A DNA stretch of 64,000 nt from Eledone cirrhosa (GCA_964016885.1 OZ024741.1:83142001-83206000), one strand, 5' to 3'. Shown: positions 24,870 through 39,780, counted from the first letter of the stretch. Translations and numbers: made by a program. The notes: generated from the sequence alone by a model not told the origin.

Positions 24870-27800
24870 ATCATCTCAGTGGTAAAGCACGTTACAGGAC
24901 CTCTTTGTAGACTATGTTGCGGGTCATACCGTTGGGTGTGTATGAAAAAAGGGAGTCCTTACTCCCAACTCGCGAGCAGGCAACATAAAGTTGGCCATGA
25001 GCAAAGCAGGGCTCTTTTAGATGAATGCCCGCCACGGACAAAGTTTGCCCCTGAGATTTGTTTATGGTGATCGCGAAGCAGGGCCTTACGGGAAACTGAT
25101 GTCACCTAAAACCTATCGGGATGTCCGTGGTCGAAGGTTGGATGCTTAGCCTTGGAATCATGACCGTCTCACCTTTACCATAACCAGTTAAAATGGTTGC
25201 TTCAATGAGATGGTTCGTCATTGATTTGGCTACCATTCGAGTGCCGTTGCACTGTTTTGGGGGGCGCATGTTACGCATAAGCATAATCGGGCTGCCGACC
25301 TTGAGCTTCAGGATGTGGGGTGGGAGACATGGGGGGTCAAGGCTATTCAAAAACTCTACTGGGTAATCCGCCGCCTCCTGTGGGTCGGTGACGCGGTCTA
25401 TAGACTTAAACATTTTCTCTTGGGCTGGAATCTTGCCGAGTAGCTCTTCGTTGAGAGCATTAACAGTAGAGTTTTGGGGGGCTAGGATGGCTCTTGAACT
25501 AAGCCAATCTAAGTTAGCGTAGTTAACATGTAGGTTTGGAAAAAACAGCTTCTAAAAGGGCCTGAGGACTGTCAACTGTATTACTGACAGATGCTAGCGA
25601 CACCTCACCCTTTTCGTTGGAAGGAAGTCGGCCTTCCCCTATAGCTAGGATGGCCTGGCCGAATTCAGCAGACGTGCTGTCCTCGAGCAACTGCTTGCTA
25701 ATGTTGCACGTCGGCGTATCAGTTCGTGCGAGGTCCAACAGAAGCTTAAAGGCAGCATGAGCCGTCTTCCCTCCCGGCAGCAAGGTAGCGGCGATCCCCG
25801 ATGAGGCGACCGTGAGGGCAATATTTTTTTGTTGTCGAAGACGCGCCAAAATAAGGGAGATAACGAAGGTTTTGCCTGTACCGCTAGAGGCATCAAGAAA
25901 GAAGACACAACCTAATCCACCCAGTGCACTGTCAACGACAGTCTCATAAGCAACCCTTTGCTCGGGAAGAAGCTTACGTTCATTTTCATCTAGGAAAGTT
26001 GTCAACATGGCGACATCGTAAGATGTCTCCAACAGAATATCTGGACCCAGCACACTAACATTTTCCCTGCTGGCGGCTGGCAAGCCGTATGTTGGCAAGT
26101 CATTCCCCCCTAGTTGAAGGAGCTTTTCTTGGATGGAAATTAGCCCTTGGTTGTAAATGATTTCGGTGAACCCCACTTCCAAAGACGGATTTTGCCGTTT
26201 GGCTGTGCGGAGGAAGTCCTCGCACAAATCGTCCCTGTACTTTAGTCAAATGGTTGAGGGTTAGCTAAGCCACAATTGTGCAGCAAAAAGGCAAACAGTT
26301 CCCTTAATTTCTGTGGGGATTTCAGCAGAGCACCATCGGCGAGGGTCGAGTCCCATTGGGACTCATCTTCCAAGAGACCAAGCCTAAAGCAGGCTTCTCG
26401 AAAAGTGTTGCAAAGTTCCCTGTTTACTGTTTTTAAGTCAAAGAAACCTTGCGGCCCCTTGACCTCGTGCAGAAGAATGCGCAGGTGAAAGCACTCAGGT
26501 TGGGTTGGGGGAACCGTGTAGACTCTACCGAGGCAGTCAGAAAATTTAACTCCCGGATGCGATTCTAATGCCTTACCAGTTTTTCGCCGTACCCAGCTAT
26601 TGCGGTGCCAAGTGAAGTAGGACGGCACCTGAGGGTAAATTAGAGTTCTCGCAAAAACGTCTACGTGACAGAGCTTAAAGAAAGCGGTTAACGAGGTTTA
26701 TTTGGGGTTAGCCGCAACTTGAGCAGCATTTGCGGCCGTAAAGTAAACCCGCTGTCCATTCTCTAAGTGGACCACCAGGTTTGTGATTTTGGGGTACCTT
26801 TCATGGATAGAAAAACCAAAAATTCGCCAAAACGCTTCGATTGTACTTATGTTCCGGGCCGATATGTACTCACTGACCTCGTCCCGGTCGGACTGGAGGG
26901 CGAATGCGCCGGAATCACAGCCCTTGTTGACGTACTTGCAAACATATTTAATCGATTTAACTGAGCTACAGAATTCCACATTAATGTGGGCTTGGAACGT
27001 CGAAGTGAGAAGTGGACAATAGGGGACCACCCATCGATTGTCGACTTGCTTGCCCTTTACAATGGCAGTAAAACCACCGTCTTCAGGCGACCGGCGCCTG
27101 TACAGGGGATAGCCGTCGTGCCCTGTCTGCGTCTCTGAAACAAATTTCCTAGGGTACCTCTTACTACAGATCCCGTCTTTCTGACACGAATGGTTAGAAC
27201 CCGGATAACAGGGTCCATGTATCATGGAAGCCGTGAAGACGTCGAAGAGTTCTTTGTCGGTGGCAGGGTTGGGGATCTCTGCGCAGATAAATTTGTCGAT
27301 GTCGTTGGAGTTGATCTTGTTCTGCAGCCACAGTAACAGATGAATGTGAGGCAGGCCCCGTTTCTGCCATTCTACGGTGTACGTATGGCATCTAGCAGGG
27401 CCGAAGATGTTGGCTTTTGCACAACATGCCTTCATTTTCTGTATGTTCCTCTCGAAAGCCCTCGCTATGAGGTCAAGGCGGTGGTGGTATGACTGCCCTG
27501 GAAGGAGTTCTCGGGTGATCTCATCCGCCTTCGGGTTGCACGTGAAGGTGATGAAGAGGTCAGGACGGCCGTAGGCCCGCACGTAGGTCATGGCGTCCTG
27601 AGTCCTCTCGTGCATGTACCGAGGTCCTCCAGTGAAGGTAGAAGGCAGGATTCAGACCTTGCCAATGTTTCGGGGATCCCCGTCGTTGGTCAAGCCGTCT
27701 CGCAGGTGTATGTAGCTTTCGCTACGCAGTTGCTGCTGGTGGGTTCGAATGAAGGCCAGTCGTTCTGACTCCATAGTTGCTGCCATATCCACCGCAAATT

Positions 27801-29435
27801 GGTTCAATAGCTCCTGCGATCTGTGCAAATTGTTGAAACAGTTTCTCCAAGGCATGAGTCGGTATGCGTAAAATTCCTTGCAGGACACGGTTTTGGCGGC
27901 AGCAACGGAGGGCTGGTTTGGCTGGCAGTGTGGAGTCTTGAAGTGGTAGCCGTCCTCGCCGCGGGGGAAAAGTAGAGGGTATTGGAGGCTTTCGTAGGAT
28001 CGGTGTGTTTCGCGTATTCTGTGAAGGCCAGTTGCACGGTTGGATATGACGATATCCCGGGGGTTGTGCTTGTCTCCGTGAAGGACGACAGCCACCTCGT
28101 TACACGCGGGCGCGTTGAATCGACGGGCGTGTTCTCCGGATGGTCTTTTGTCGGCATCGATGACAATGTTGAAGTTAGGCAGGTCAGTAGTCTCCAAGGC
28201 GTACTTGAAGCTCTGCACGTAGCTGTTTTCGGAGTGTAGCATTTGCTGCAGCGCAAGGAGGACGTCTCTGTCCAGGTTCTCTCTAGTGCCATCAGCTGGG
28301 ATGGCAGATGAGCGCATGTCAGCCTGCTTGTTGTAGTCAGCTATGAATTAAATTTGCAGGAAGGCGGGTTGCGCTGACGGCACAGGCTGTAGAGGACCGA
28401 CATAGTGGTAAACCTGGCCCTGAACCTTAAAGGTCGGCATCCACCCGCTTTCTCGGACAATTTTGGCCCCGAACGAAGTCATCTGGAAGGCGCAGTTGTA
28501 TTTCCTTATGTTGCCAAGGAAGTCTGTTGACGTAGAGGTCTCTCCGCTAAGAAGTTCTCGCAAAGGTTCTGGAGGAGCCGCCAAAGGAGGAAGTGAAACC
28601 TTCCCATTAGAACAGCACAGGCCACGTGGTTCTCCGGGCCACTTCTCTGCACCACAGAATTGGCATATGACATCCATCCTGCCTAGTTGAATGTCCGTAC
28701 AGTCTGAGTAGTTTACTGTTGGATCGTAGTTGAAAGCCTTCATAAGCCAAAATGACTCATGTGGACTCGTTGTTCCTCTGGCGGTGTCTCTTCGTCCGTT
28801 GTTTGTGTCCAACCGAGCACGGCGGGCTGTTTGATGTTCTGCGGCACGGGAGGCGGCGGTGGATACGGCGTTCTGGGACCTTCGGATGGCTGTCTGTATC
28901 TCGGTCTGGGATGCTCTGGCAGCTGCGGTGGAGGCGGAGTCCTAGGACCTTCGGATGGCTGTCTGTATCTCGGTCTGGGATGCTCTGGCAGCTGCTTTGG
29001 AGGTGGAGACCTTCGACCTTCGGATGGCTGTCTCCTGGTCGGTTTCTGCGGCACGGGAGGCGGCGGTTGAAGCAGCGTTCTTTGACCGTCTGGTGGCTGT
29101 TTGCTGTTTAGTTTCGGGGCCCTTGCAGCAGCAGTAGTTGCAGCATTCCTAGCCCTATGAAGAGCTCTTTGGCTGTCAGTCTCTGCTGCCCTAGAGGCGG
29201 TTGTTGCAACTGCATTCCAGCAATTACGAATGGCACGATTCGAAGCGGTAACCGTAGATAGAGAGGCGCTGGGTTGGGCTGTGCTAGGGGTAGTTAAGTT
29301 TGAAAGCGAAGTAACAGAGGTTTGTGGCCAAAAATGCAGTCCGGCATCCGTAGACTGCTCATTCAATCGCCTCTTTTTTGAAACAACAGACGATGTTTTC
29401 CTACGGCTAAGGGTACTCTTTCTTTTCAGTGGCAT
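24870..29435 (-). pseudogene. Helitron Rep (HUH)-PIF1 helicase, fragmented by stops, frameshifts and a deletion
   Basis: CQFCGAEKWPGE..CCSNGKV, FKVQGQVYH, LQYPLLFPRGEDG, PDLFITFTCNP, VEWQKRGLPHIHLL, KYVCKYVNKG, LDASSGTGKTF, LKVGSPIMLMRN..CNGTR, and FAITINKSQGQT near 25060. Confidence 0.93.
28835..29070. repeat. ~66-bp tandem repeats in the Helitron N-terminal coding region
   Basis: gaccttcggatggctgtct occurs three times (28878, ~28947, ~29015) and tctgcggcacgggaggcggcggt occurs twice. Confidence 0.85.
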
Positions 29436-31451
29436 GGTTGCAATAGTACATTAAACAGTAAAGGGGAAGCAGGTTTAGAGCAAAGGCAAAAAAGCGAAGG
29501 TGATAAGCAGTATTTTGGGGAAGGTAAAAAAAAGTAAACAAAAAACGTACTGGGAATGGCAAAGTCCGAAAGCGAGGTCACGAAATGTAATGCAGTGAGA
29601 GTGAAGCACACGTCTACACAGTGGCCTAACCAAGTAGCAAGTGTAGTGTTTGAAAACCAAAGCTTTGCAAAGCGTCCAGGAAATTTTTTTTTTGATTCAA
29701 GGCGAAAATTTGTCCACTTCTCGACCGAAAGAAAGCAAAAACTGACTCAACTGGTGCCAGATGGTCAGAACTGGTTTGTGTCACGTGAAGCTGTAACTAT
29801 AGCAACAGTGGTTCCCTCTGTCTCAAAGACCAAAGTAAGTAGAGAGGGGAAGGTAATGTTACTGTAACACCAGCAACGTTTCTCTCTATATTCCTCGGTC
29901 AATAAAGAAGGCGGAGGGGGAAGGTAATGTTACTATAGCAACAGTGGTTCGCTTACTGACCAAAGTGGAGAGGGGAATGTAATATTTCTGTGACACCCAA
30001 AACTTCTCTCTCTATCTTCCTCTCTCTCTCTCTAAAGAAGGAGGAAGGGGAAGGTAATGTTACTATAAGACCTGTTATTCCTGTCTCTCTATATACGAAG
30101 TGGAGATTCGACCTCGAGCTTCACTCTCGACCGAATTTCGAAATGATTCGAGCATGTCAACAGAATTTAGACTCTTTTCTACCCATATTAGCAAAAAACC
30201 AGGTCAAAAAACTCAAAAGGAAAAAATTTTTCACGCGTGCATAAAATGTAACCTCATCTCCCGATTTCACCAAAAATAGACAAAAAGGTGGATTGCGGGC
30301 CCCTAGTGGGACCTATCAAAAAACAAAGTAGCCTAAGCAATGTAAAGGGTCATGAGGAGTGATGTATGCAAATTTGAGCGAGATTGGGGGGAGCTGTGTA
30401 GACGCCAACCTCGAATAATGTAGCATCCACACACAGACAAACACACATCCTCTGTTTTATATATATAGATACACCGCTGGTATAGTAATGACATTTTATA
30501 GACATACCCATACAGATCCATACAAGTATTTATTGTCTGATTAACGAGGATTTCATCGTCTGACTATGAAAGGGTGTTTTTAGAGCTGTGAAATCTTGCT
30601 GGCAATTATATCAACCCTTCTTATTAATAATTGCCTTGATTCTCTCTAGGGACTGTGTTGAAACAAAAACCTCATTTGCTCATTCCTTGAGTGTATCTTG
30701 GTCAGCCCATGAACATTTGAGTCAATGAACTTTTCATAAACACGTATACTACCTTCGTATTTGTGTGTTCATATATGTGAACCTATTTTATGTTGTGTTA
30801 TTTTATGTGTATTTATGAATATTTGTATGTGTCTATGTATATTATCTCAGGTAGCTCTTTAACGTTACTGACAACATTTAACTCAGTACAACCTGTACAT
30901 AATCGGCTCATCGGTGACTAAACCGGCAAACCCACCAAGCTTGCATGGTAAAGAGGGTGATTTGGGATACATTGCGGGATGAAAAGCAAGAATTGTTGAA
31001 GGGCAGAGGAACTTAGAAGAGTCAATGGGCATCCAATAATGATTTTTTTTTCTTTTTGTGGAGCAAGAGACAACTAGTCTTCATTAAGACATCTCTCTAG
31101 GAGAAGATCATTCTGATATAAAACCAGTGACTTATTTAGACCGCTTTTACTTTTTGGGTAAATACATTCGATGTTGAGATATAGGAATTGGCTCGGTGCA
31201 ACACCTTTCCTCATTTAAAAAAGTTTCAAGCTCAGGGACCGCTTAATATTTAACAGTTTCTGCGAGCATGACATGGCTGGCCATAGGCAAGTCCGAACCA
31301 TGACTAAAAAGCCACGTCCAAGATGCTCATTCTTCAGTAACAAACGATGGCATTACTCGAAATCAAGTTGCAGCCATCATATGTATGTCTGCTTTCTCTA
31401 TAGGAGTGCACTCGTTGAGCGCTTCATGGTACGTTCATTCTTTTCAATGAT

Positions 31452-31484
<33 letters not shown>

Positions 31485-31548
31485 GTGTGTATGTGTGTGT
31501 GTATGTGTAGCTGTTGTAAGTACTGGGATGATAATTTCGTATGTAGAA

Positions 31549-31606
<58 letters not shown>

Positions 31607-32579
31607 TGCTGTTGTGAGTGTGATTTATGTCAAATATTGTGACCTTCCGTTTGTGTTTTTATGTCGAAATTGTTTCCAATGGAAGATATTGTCAGTCGAT
31701 TAGTAATTGTTTGGATATAATAGCTATTCTGGATTTCGCTATGTGTTTCGGTTGTGTATAAATGTGTCACTACGTCAGATATTGTGTATCTAGTTGTACT
31801 TTTTTGTTTAATTTGTCTATTCTGTCTAGATTAGTCAACTTGAAGTGACAATATTTCAGTTAAAATAGACCAACGCCAATAAAAGAAGAAAGTAAGATAT
31901 TGCGTCTCTAACAACAAAAGCACAAAGCACCGTACCAGTTTCTTGTAATCTTCTGATGAAATTTTTTATTACGGAAATATAAGTATAGATGTAAAACTAA
32001 TATGTAATAGATACTTCCCTTCAATTTTTAAATTTACCATCCGATTCACATTGTTGTAGCCTTCAATAACATAATACTTAAAGCAAATCACAACACCCTC
32101 GTATATATATATATATATTCATCTATCTGTTGAACATTGTTACTCTGGACTATCATCTACACACGCGTAAGATCGTCAAACAAAACTAACCATTCAATAA
32201 GAGAGACAGTATGAACAGGGGAAGACTGAATGGGGATTGGTGGTTTTCTGTTTTTGATTGGGTAGGACAGGACGGAAAGTGGGGAGTTAGGAAAAGAGAA
32301 AGGGGAAGAGAAAGAATACTCTAAGGAGAAGGCGTTCATATGGTATGTGTGATGATGATGATGATGGCTATACATTTGATGATAGGAATTAGTAAAAGTG
32401 GTGAAGTTCCGGGTGATGACGATGATGATGAATGGGGTAAATATGATAAATGTAAAAAACTTAAGTTAGGAAAACAAATTTGTGTTCAAGATGTAGCAAG
32501 GCTACTATATGTTTATTGTACATAAATATATAGGATATGATTCCTATCCAATACATCCTTATTATGCTTGATATTTATG

Positions 32580-32633
<54 letters not shown>

Positions 32634-32714
32634 TATTAATAAAATAGATGTTCTTTAGTGCTACTGTAAAACTCATTCTTTGACATAATCATCGAATATT
32701 GTTTAACAACTTAC

Positions 32715-32752
<38 letters not shown>

Positions 32753-32764
32753 ATATATGTATAT

Positions 32765-32805
<41 letters not shown>

Positions 32806-32810
<5 letters not shown>

Positions 32811-33505
32811 GACGAGGTCAATCAGTGAGGAGTGAGGGTGCTAATAAGACAAAACATATAATTTTTCTGCATCCCCTTGCATTGAACCACAAATTTACTA
32901 AGACAAAACCTATATATTTGCTAGCATAAGTATGCATCTGTATATATATGTTGGTAGATATACTAATTCTTTATAATTATCTCCAAATTATTTTGTTGAG
33001 CAAAGATTTGCCAAATCTACTGCTATGCTTCATAGTAATAGCCAGGCTACTGTCTTATTAGCAACCCCACTCCTCACTGATTGACCTCGATGTCACGTGA
33101 TTGATTCTTTTGAATTCGCCACCGACTAAGTACGCAGTGATTTTTTCAATGTCCTGGAATCTAGTCCTCGCTTGCTTTTTTCCATCCACTGAATTATGTT
33201 TGTATAAGTTCCCTGTGTCCACGCTTTGCCTGGGAACTTAGCTGAGAACAGATCTCCCTGATGACGAAAGGATATTTCTCCATGTTGTTCCAATCGGAAA
33301 CCATGTTTATTCTCTTTCAGAAACTAATTAGTTGGAGTGAAATTTTAGTAAGTGAATTTTTATAATTTTCTTATTTTACGTCTTTCATATAATTGTACTG
33401 CATCCCCTTGTATTGAACCACAATGTTACTAAGACAAAACCTATATATTTGCTAGCATAGGTATACATCTGTATATATATGTTGGTAGATATACTAATTC
33501 TTTAT
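32806..33505 (+). mobile_element. ORF-less PLE-like cassette in (TA)n with ~108-bp direct repeats and a ~38-bp inverted repeat
   Basis: Direct repeats at ~32867-32974 and ~33398-33505. Inverted repeats at ~32813-32851 and ~33051-33089. Internal hammerhead. Confidence 0.7.
33254..33337 (+). ncRNA. Type I hammerhead ribozyme fold with ~55-nt stem II
   Basis: CTCC CTGATGA CGAAAG...CATGTTGTTCC AATC GGAAACCATG...CTTTCA GAAA CTAATTAG TT GGAG. Confidence 0.7.
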
Positions 33506-33533
33506 ATATATATATAATATATATATATATATT

Positions 33534-33565
<32 letters not shown>

Positions 33566-33571
33566 CATATA

Positions 33572-33652
<81 letters not shown>

Positions 33653-33654
<2 letters not shown>

Positions 33655-33935
33655 GTGAAAGCGCATGGCCTAATGGTAACATTGTTGGATTTCCGTTCAT
33701 AATTTCATCGGTTTAATTCCTGAACAGTTTGCTGCGTTGTATTCTGGAGCAAAACGCTTCAGTTAACGTGGTTCCTGTACACTCAGCTGAGAGTGAGTGC
33801 CAGCAGTACCTGTGAGTAAACCCTGCGATTAACCCATGTCCTGGCTTGGTAGAAGCCTTACTCTCATTTACTAAACGCCATTGGAACCGGGAATAAGTAC
33901 CGATCTAATGAGTCTTTGGTTTGGGAGAGCCTTTA
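33653..33935 (+). mobile_element. SINE family 2, diverged copy
   Basis: gcgcatggcctaatggt...gagcaaaacgcttca...actcagctgagagtgagtgccagca...aaccctgcgat matches 7519-7803. Confidence 0.75.
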
Positions 33936-36900
33936 TACATATAATAACTTATATGCGGATGTTTGTAAATGTGAGCCCCTTTAGTGATTTCTAAAATTGG
34001 AACTGTGTCTGATGCTCAGTATTGTATTTATAATACACAATAGAATTGAAATTGCATTAAATAATGGGGGAAAAAAGGGTAAATATCAGTACAATATTAT
34101 GTAAACACATATATTATACACATAAATAACCCAACTTAAACGAAAACAACACTAAATGGCAGATTAACACGACAACAAATAACGTATAGCAACGCTATGT
34201 ACCAATATGACACAACAGAACATGACAAAACATGGAAGAAAATTATAAAACCAGATAACACAGAAGTTGTACTGTATTCTGTTTCCTAGCATTTTGTTCT
34301 GTTGTGTTGCTTGCTATGTTGTTTTTCTATCGTGTTTCTATATGTCTTATTGTGTGCTGTGCTTTATATATATATATATCATTGTCTTGTGTCATTTGGC
34401 CTTATATTCTCAATATGTGTTGTTATTCTGCTGTACGGCCATGTTTTGTTGCATCTATTTCACTCACTGCTTTGAGTTTTGATGTTTGGTGTTGTGCAGT
34501 CTTCCATGATTTGTTGTACTGTTGTTTTGCGTTGTGTCTAATTGATTCATAGCATTGTGTTTCGGTTTTGTTTCGTCAGTTTGTTATTTTTCTTTATAGC
34601 CATATATTATCGTTTTCTTGGTGCATAGCCTTGTGTTATACTATTTGGTTATGAGCTACCTACCATGTTGTTTGCTTGTACTGCTGTATTGTGTCTCGCT
34701 GATATATATTCATTTTGCGTGTTATTTAGTGTTGTATTTGTTCAGCAATATTCTGTTTTTGTATTCTGTTGTACTGTATAATTTGGTAACGTGTTTGTTC
34801 TTGCCATAAATTGTTGCATGTTGTTCAGTTGAGATACATACCAATGTGTTCTGTTATTTGGCGTTCATTTATTTTGTTGTGGCGCGTTAATCAATTTCTG
34901 AGACAGGCAACAAAAGAACAAAAATACAAATAATAACTGAACATTTCTTACGAAATTCCTCCTTTGATTAATTTAAAAGGTTTACTGTGCTACCAAAACT
35001 ATAACGATGGCTTAACAGTATTTGATAAAAGTTTTAAAAAAGAGGTTCCACTTTCATTTTCACTTCCAAAAATATTTTGTTTTCGTATTGATTATTATTT
35101 TTTTTACTTTGTAATATTTGTTTTTAATTTTTGAGTATTGTTGTTGCTAAGTTCTTGTATGAACTTATTCACCCTCGCTATTTTTATGACCAATCTCCTT
35201 AAATTACTAAAGGCTAATCTCAACAAAACAATACCTACTTGTTGGTTCGTTATGCGTATGTGAATATATATATATATTATGTACGTATATATATATATAT
35301 ATATATACATATCTTGTTAACTTGTCTATGGTAAATGAAGACAAGCCTTTCGATAATTGGCATAATCTTCAGAAACTCATTGTTTATGATTGCTTTTTTG
35401 TTATTGATTTTTCATTTTTAATTGAATTGTTTCTTTCATTTTAGTTTTTATCTTTATCAGTTCACCATCTACTTATATTGATGAGAATTAGATGCTACAG
35501 ATTTAGAATATGTTAGTGAAAAATTTGCCTCATAATTTAACGAGTGTTTATTTGTTCTTGACGCACCTGTAGATAACAAAACAAAACTAATATAACTAAC
35601 AGCACTTGGACTGATTCTACAGGAGAGCGAGGATATATGTGGTCGCTCCACAAGTAGCTAGATATAGTAGCTAAACCTGCCAATAACTACCGCCCCCCCC
35701 CCCCCCACACACACACACACAAAACTTCGAAAATGTAATACTCGCCTTTCATAATTTAGTGCTCAACACGTTCACTCTGTAAGACAGACAGGGAAGCCAT
35801 AGCCAAATCAGCTTCGATCTTGGTAATCTTCGACCACAGTCAATAAAAATTTATAAAAATAAAGAAAATATGCAATAAATGATAAATGATAGTGACTTTG
35901 CGGGTTCACAATTTAAAAATTACTCTTTTTTATTTGTCATAAAAATGGACAGACACACGAATTATTTAGCCTTATTTTCAATATATCTGAAATACATAGT
36001 GGATGTGGCAGTACATAGCCTACGATGCCGTCATCATAAGTGAATCTCTCGTGATAACGGCAGTTAAACCCCGACATATTGATCTATATGATAAATATAC
36101 AAACTATTGTTTTATATTGTTATGCTTCTGATTCAAACCTCTATGTTATTATATGTTATTAACATTTATAACACTGGATTTTAAAAATATCATTTGGAAT
36201 AAAATGTTTCAAAAGCGACAGATTGACAGAATCCTTAAAGGGCCGGACAATATACCGTATTGTACATAGTCACAGCTTCTGAATTCAAATTATGATAAGG
36301 TAAATGTTCTGTGCTCATTCTACTAGCGTCAAATATATTAAGGTATCTCTCTGTCTCGATGAAATTGATTTTCATCTACTTCAAATTGTGGGTTTATGGC
36401 CAAATTAGAAACATTTAAATCGTTTAAATATATAACATAATTTATCGAGATTTCTTCTGATATATAAAACGCAGTTAAAAGGCGCCGACTGTCAAATGAA
36501 TCCCAATACATTATGCTACCATTGGCATTTGCTTTGCTGGTACTATCTGCCGATCGCAGCTCCAAGCAGACAGTGGTCATATTCAAATTTAGAAGACATG
36601 GAATCCGATCACTCACCGTAATGGATTCTGCCCAAGTGTTTAACAAATGCGCCAATTCACACAACCCGGAGTAAAACATTATTTATTGAAAATCGCAAAG
36701 TTACCCTCGGCTCGATTTGAAATAAGTGTGCAGTCAGCCGGAATACTGAACTATTTGATCCGAGACTCTACCGACTGTGGCAAATCGAAGCCTGATAAAA
36801 AATGTATATCACACGGCGAAATTTAAAAACATAACACAAATCAAACCAAGAACATTTTTATCATGAGAATTCTACGCATAAAAATCATTTTTCATTAGTG

Positions 36901-37354
36901 ATTTTCTAAGTAAATGAATTCAGTGGATTTTACAAACAAACGTCGAAGAGAATTTTACAATAAAGTTTAGAAGTTTATAAGAATTTTGTCAGAATTCTTC
37001 TCGTTCAATGATTGTTCCATCAAATGTATTTGGTTCACATAATCCTAGACAATGTCTTTCATCTTCAGATTATAACTCCAAAACAATCATTTTATAGGCT
37101 GCTCTTTCTCTTTGATCAGTTTTCAGTTTTCAATTGAAATAGTGAAATAATCTCATATATATATATATATATAGAGAGAGAGAGGGAGAGAGAGAGAGAG
37201 ACAGAGAGAGAGAGAGAGATATATAGATATAGATATATAGATATAGATATATACATATACATGTGTGTATATATGTATATGTATATATATATGTATATGT
37301 ATATATGTATATCTATATATCTATATCTATCTATCTATCTATATATATATATAT

Positions 37355-37413
<59 letters not shown>

Positions 37414-37426
37414 GAGAGAGAGGGGG

Positions 37427-37502
<76 letters not shown>

Positions 37503-37824
37503 CGAGAGGAGAGAGAAAGAGAAACACAGGGAAAAAGACATATGTCTCCAAACTTTGCTTAACATATACCTTACGTCAATCACTTACAGATATGAAACTT
37601 TGATATTTATACCGAATTGTGGGTACGCACACTCTGGAACACATGAATATTAAATTAGAATGATGGGAAATTACTATGATTTATGACTACTATATATATG
37701 TATGTGTATGTGTACACGTGTGCATACTGTGTGCGTGAATGTATTTATGTGTTGTTATACACATACATGCGCGTATATATATTCATATATATATATGTGT
37801 GTGTGTGTGTGTGTATATATATTC

Positions 37825-37912
<88 letters not shown>

Positions 37913-39721
37913 GTGTGTGTGTATGTATATATATATATTTGTATGTATATATGTATGTATCAAATTTTAATCAAAAGTTTAATTCAATTTGTCTAAGTTC
38001 ATAATCTTAGCTGATGTTGTTAGAGAGTACGTATTTTTTGAAAGGTTGTACATAATTCTTAATCTTCTGTGTTTGGCATATGTCAATTTAGAGGCTTCTG
38101 ATAATTTATTGGCTTGGTGTATGTGTTTGTTAGCAGGAGACTTCCTCTACAATATACCTCAATCCTCGTAGTTATCCATCTTCCAAAACTTACTCTTAAT
38201 AGCCCACATCCACACTCTAATAGCATAATAGCGTAGAAATGTATACTCACAAATATTCTTCCTAGTATGAAATACACATTTCCAAATTCCAGATAGATTA
38301 GATATGTTTTAAACCCTTGTCATATTGAACGATGGTAATCCTTGGAGACAGCATCAGTTGTATCTGGAATCACCAAGTGTTTTTGGTCCGGCACCATACT
38401 TATGTAATTAAGCCGACCATGATATTTGAAACCTCGAGCTGTGACCATGCAGTATACTACTGATCTCACTGTCCGCTTTTCTTCAGTCATATTCTAAAGT
38501 CGTTGCAGAATATTAATTAATTAAAACGATGCTTATATATCCCTATACACTGGTATCAAACTTCATCTATTACTATTTCTATTCCTCTCTCCTCTGGAAC
38601 ACATCAGTTATTTTATGAACAAGGGTGTGATGAGCTCATCAGCCTTAAAAGCCTATGCAAAACCATATATCACTACGGTTCCTCTACGGATCCATCAGGA
38701 ATTCAGTTCACATGCATTCTTCTTCTTCTTCTTCTTCTTCTTCTTTTTCTTCTTCTTCTTCTTCTTCTTCTTCTTCTTCTTCTTCTTCTTCTTCTTCTTC
38801 TTCTTCTTCTTCTTCTTCTTCTTCTTCTTCTTCTTCTTCTTCTTCTTCTTCTTCGCGTCACCAATCTGATACGTTGTGAAACCAATCTGATACGCTGTGA
38901 AATCCACGAAAAGAAGGCACCATTCGAGGCGGCATTTACTCGCCTCGTATTTGCTACGTATCTGGGATGTGAGAGTTTTCTTGGAATCTACAAGTGTCAC
39001 CCATCTCCCCTAGTAGTGTACCATTGTTGATCCGTAGATGCTTATTCGTCCGGCAGTTGCCCGTTTATATCGCAACTAGCCATCATAACTGGTGGCCGTA
39101 TCACTATCCACCACCAGTGATCAGTTCTCTAGCAGAACAGCTCTACCGAGAATCAAATATACGTGATTGCAGAAAATCGTAATATCAGAATCATTTCCAT
39201 GAATGATAATGAGAGATTTTCGAAATTTAGAGCCCCGGGCTGTCTCAAACAGAGTGGTTACCAGGCAATGTCGATGGTTTCAGATAGTATATGCCTATCA
39301 TTGATTAGAAGCGATGGTATCAAAATTATTAATCACTTGTCGTTATTTGTCCCATATGGATAAACGTAAGTGGACAAACTCTTTGCAGATGTCAAATTCT
39401 AAGCAATAGCTCAAAGACAATTCCATATTGTACGTAACATCAATCATAAGAGTCGATATTTATTTCATAGATGTCATGAGGGACACGAGATTTAGAGGAA
39501 TTACTCAGAATAGCCTTTAAGTGCATTGACACACATATATATGCACATAACAATTACACTCAACCACACACACAGACAGACAGAGACATACACACACATA
39601 CATATCTAATATATATCTACATATATGTAATATATAGCCATATACAAACCTATATATATATATATAAATATTCATTTACATTATATATCTATTATATCTA
39701 TCTATCTATCTATCTATCTAT

Positions 39722-39752
<31 letters not shown>

Positions 39753-39780
39753 TATATATATATATATATATATATATATT

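Larger units (their letters stand above)
24161..30469 (-). mobile_element. Helitron with both termini and a pseudogenized Rep-helicase
   Basis: The minus strand begins A|TCTATATATATAAAA at 30469 and ends AACCCGGGCGACGCTGGGTCATTCAGCCAG|T at 24161 (hairpin plus CCAG in place of CTAG). Inserted between A and T with no TSD. Confidence 0.93.

Noticed and set aside
36338-36679. 113-aa minus-strand ORF in unique-looking DNA
   Set aside because: No recognisable domain or coherent splice structure; its length is compatible with chance.
38170-39000. Possible old LINE RT remnants (LLFVDFTAY; also GIVLLRLAFSNL near 35220)
   Set aside because: The similarity is limited to a few residues and cannot be supported without a profile search.
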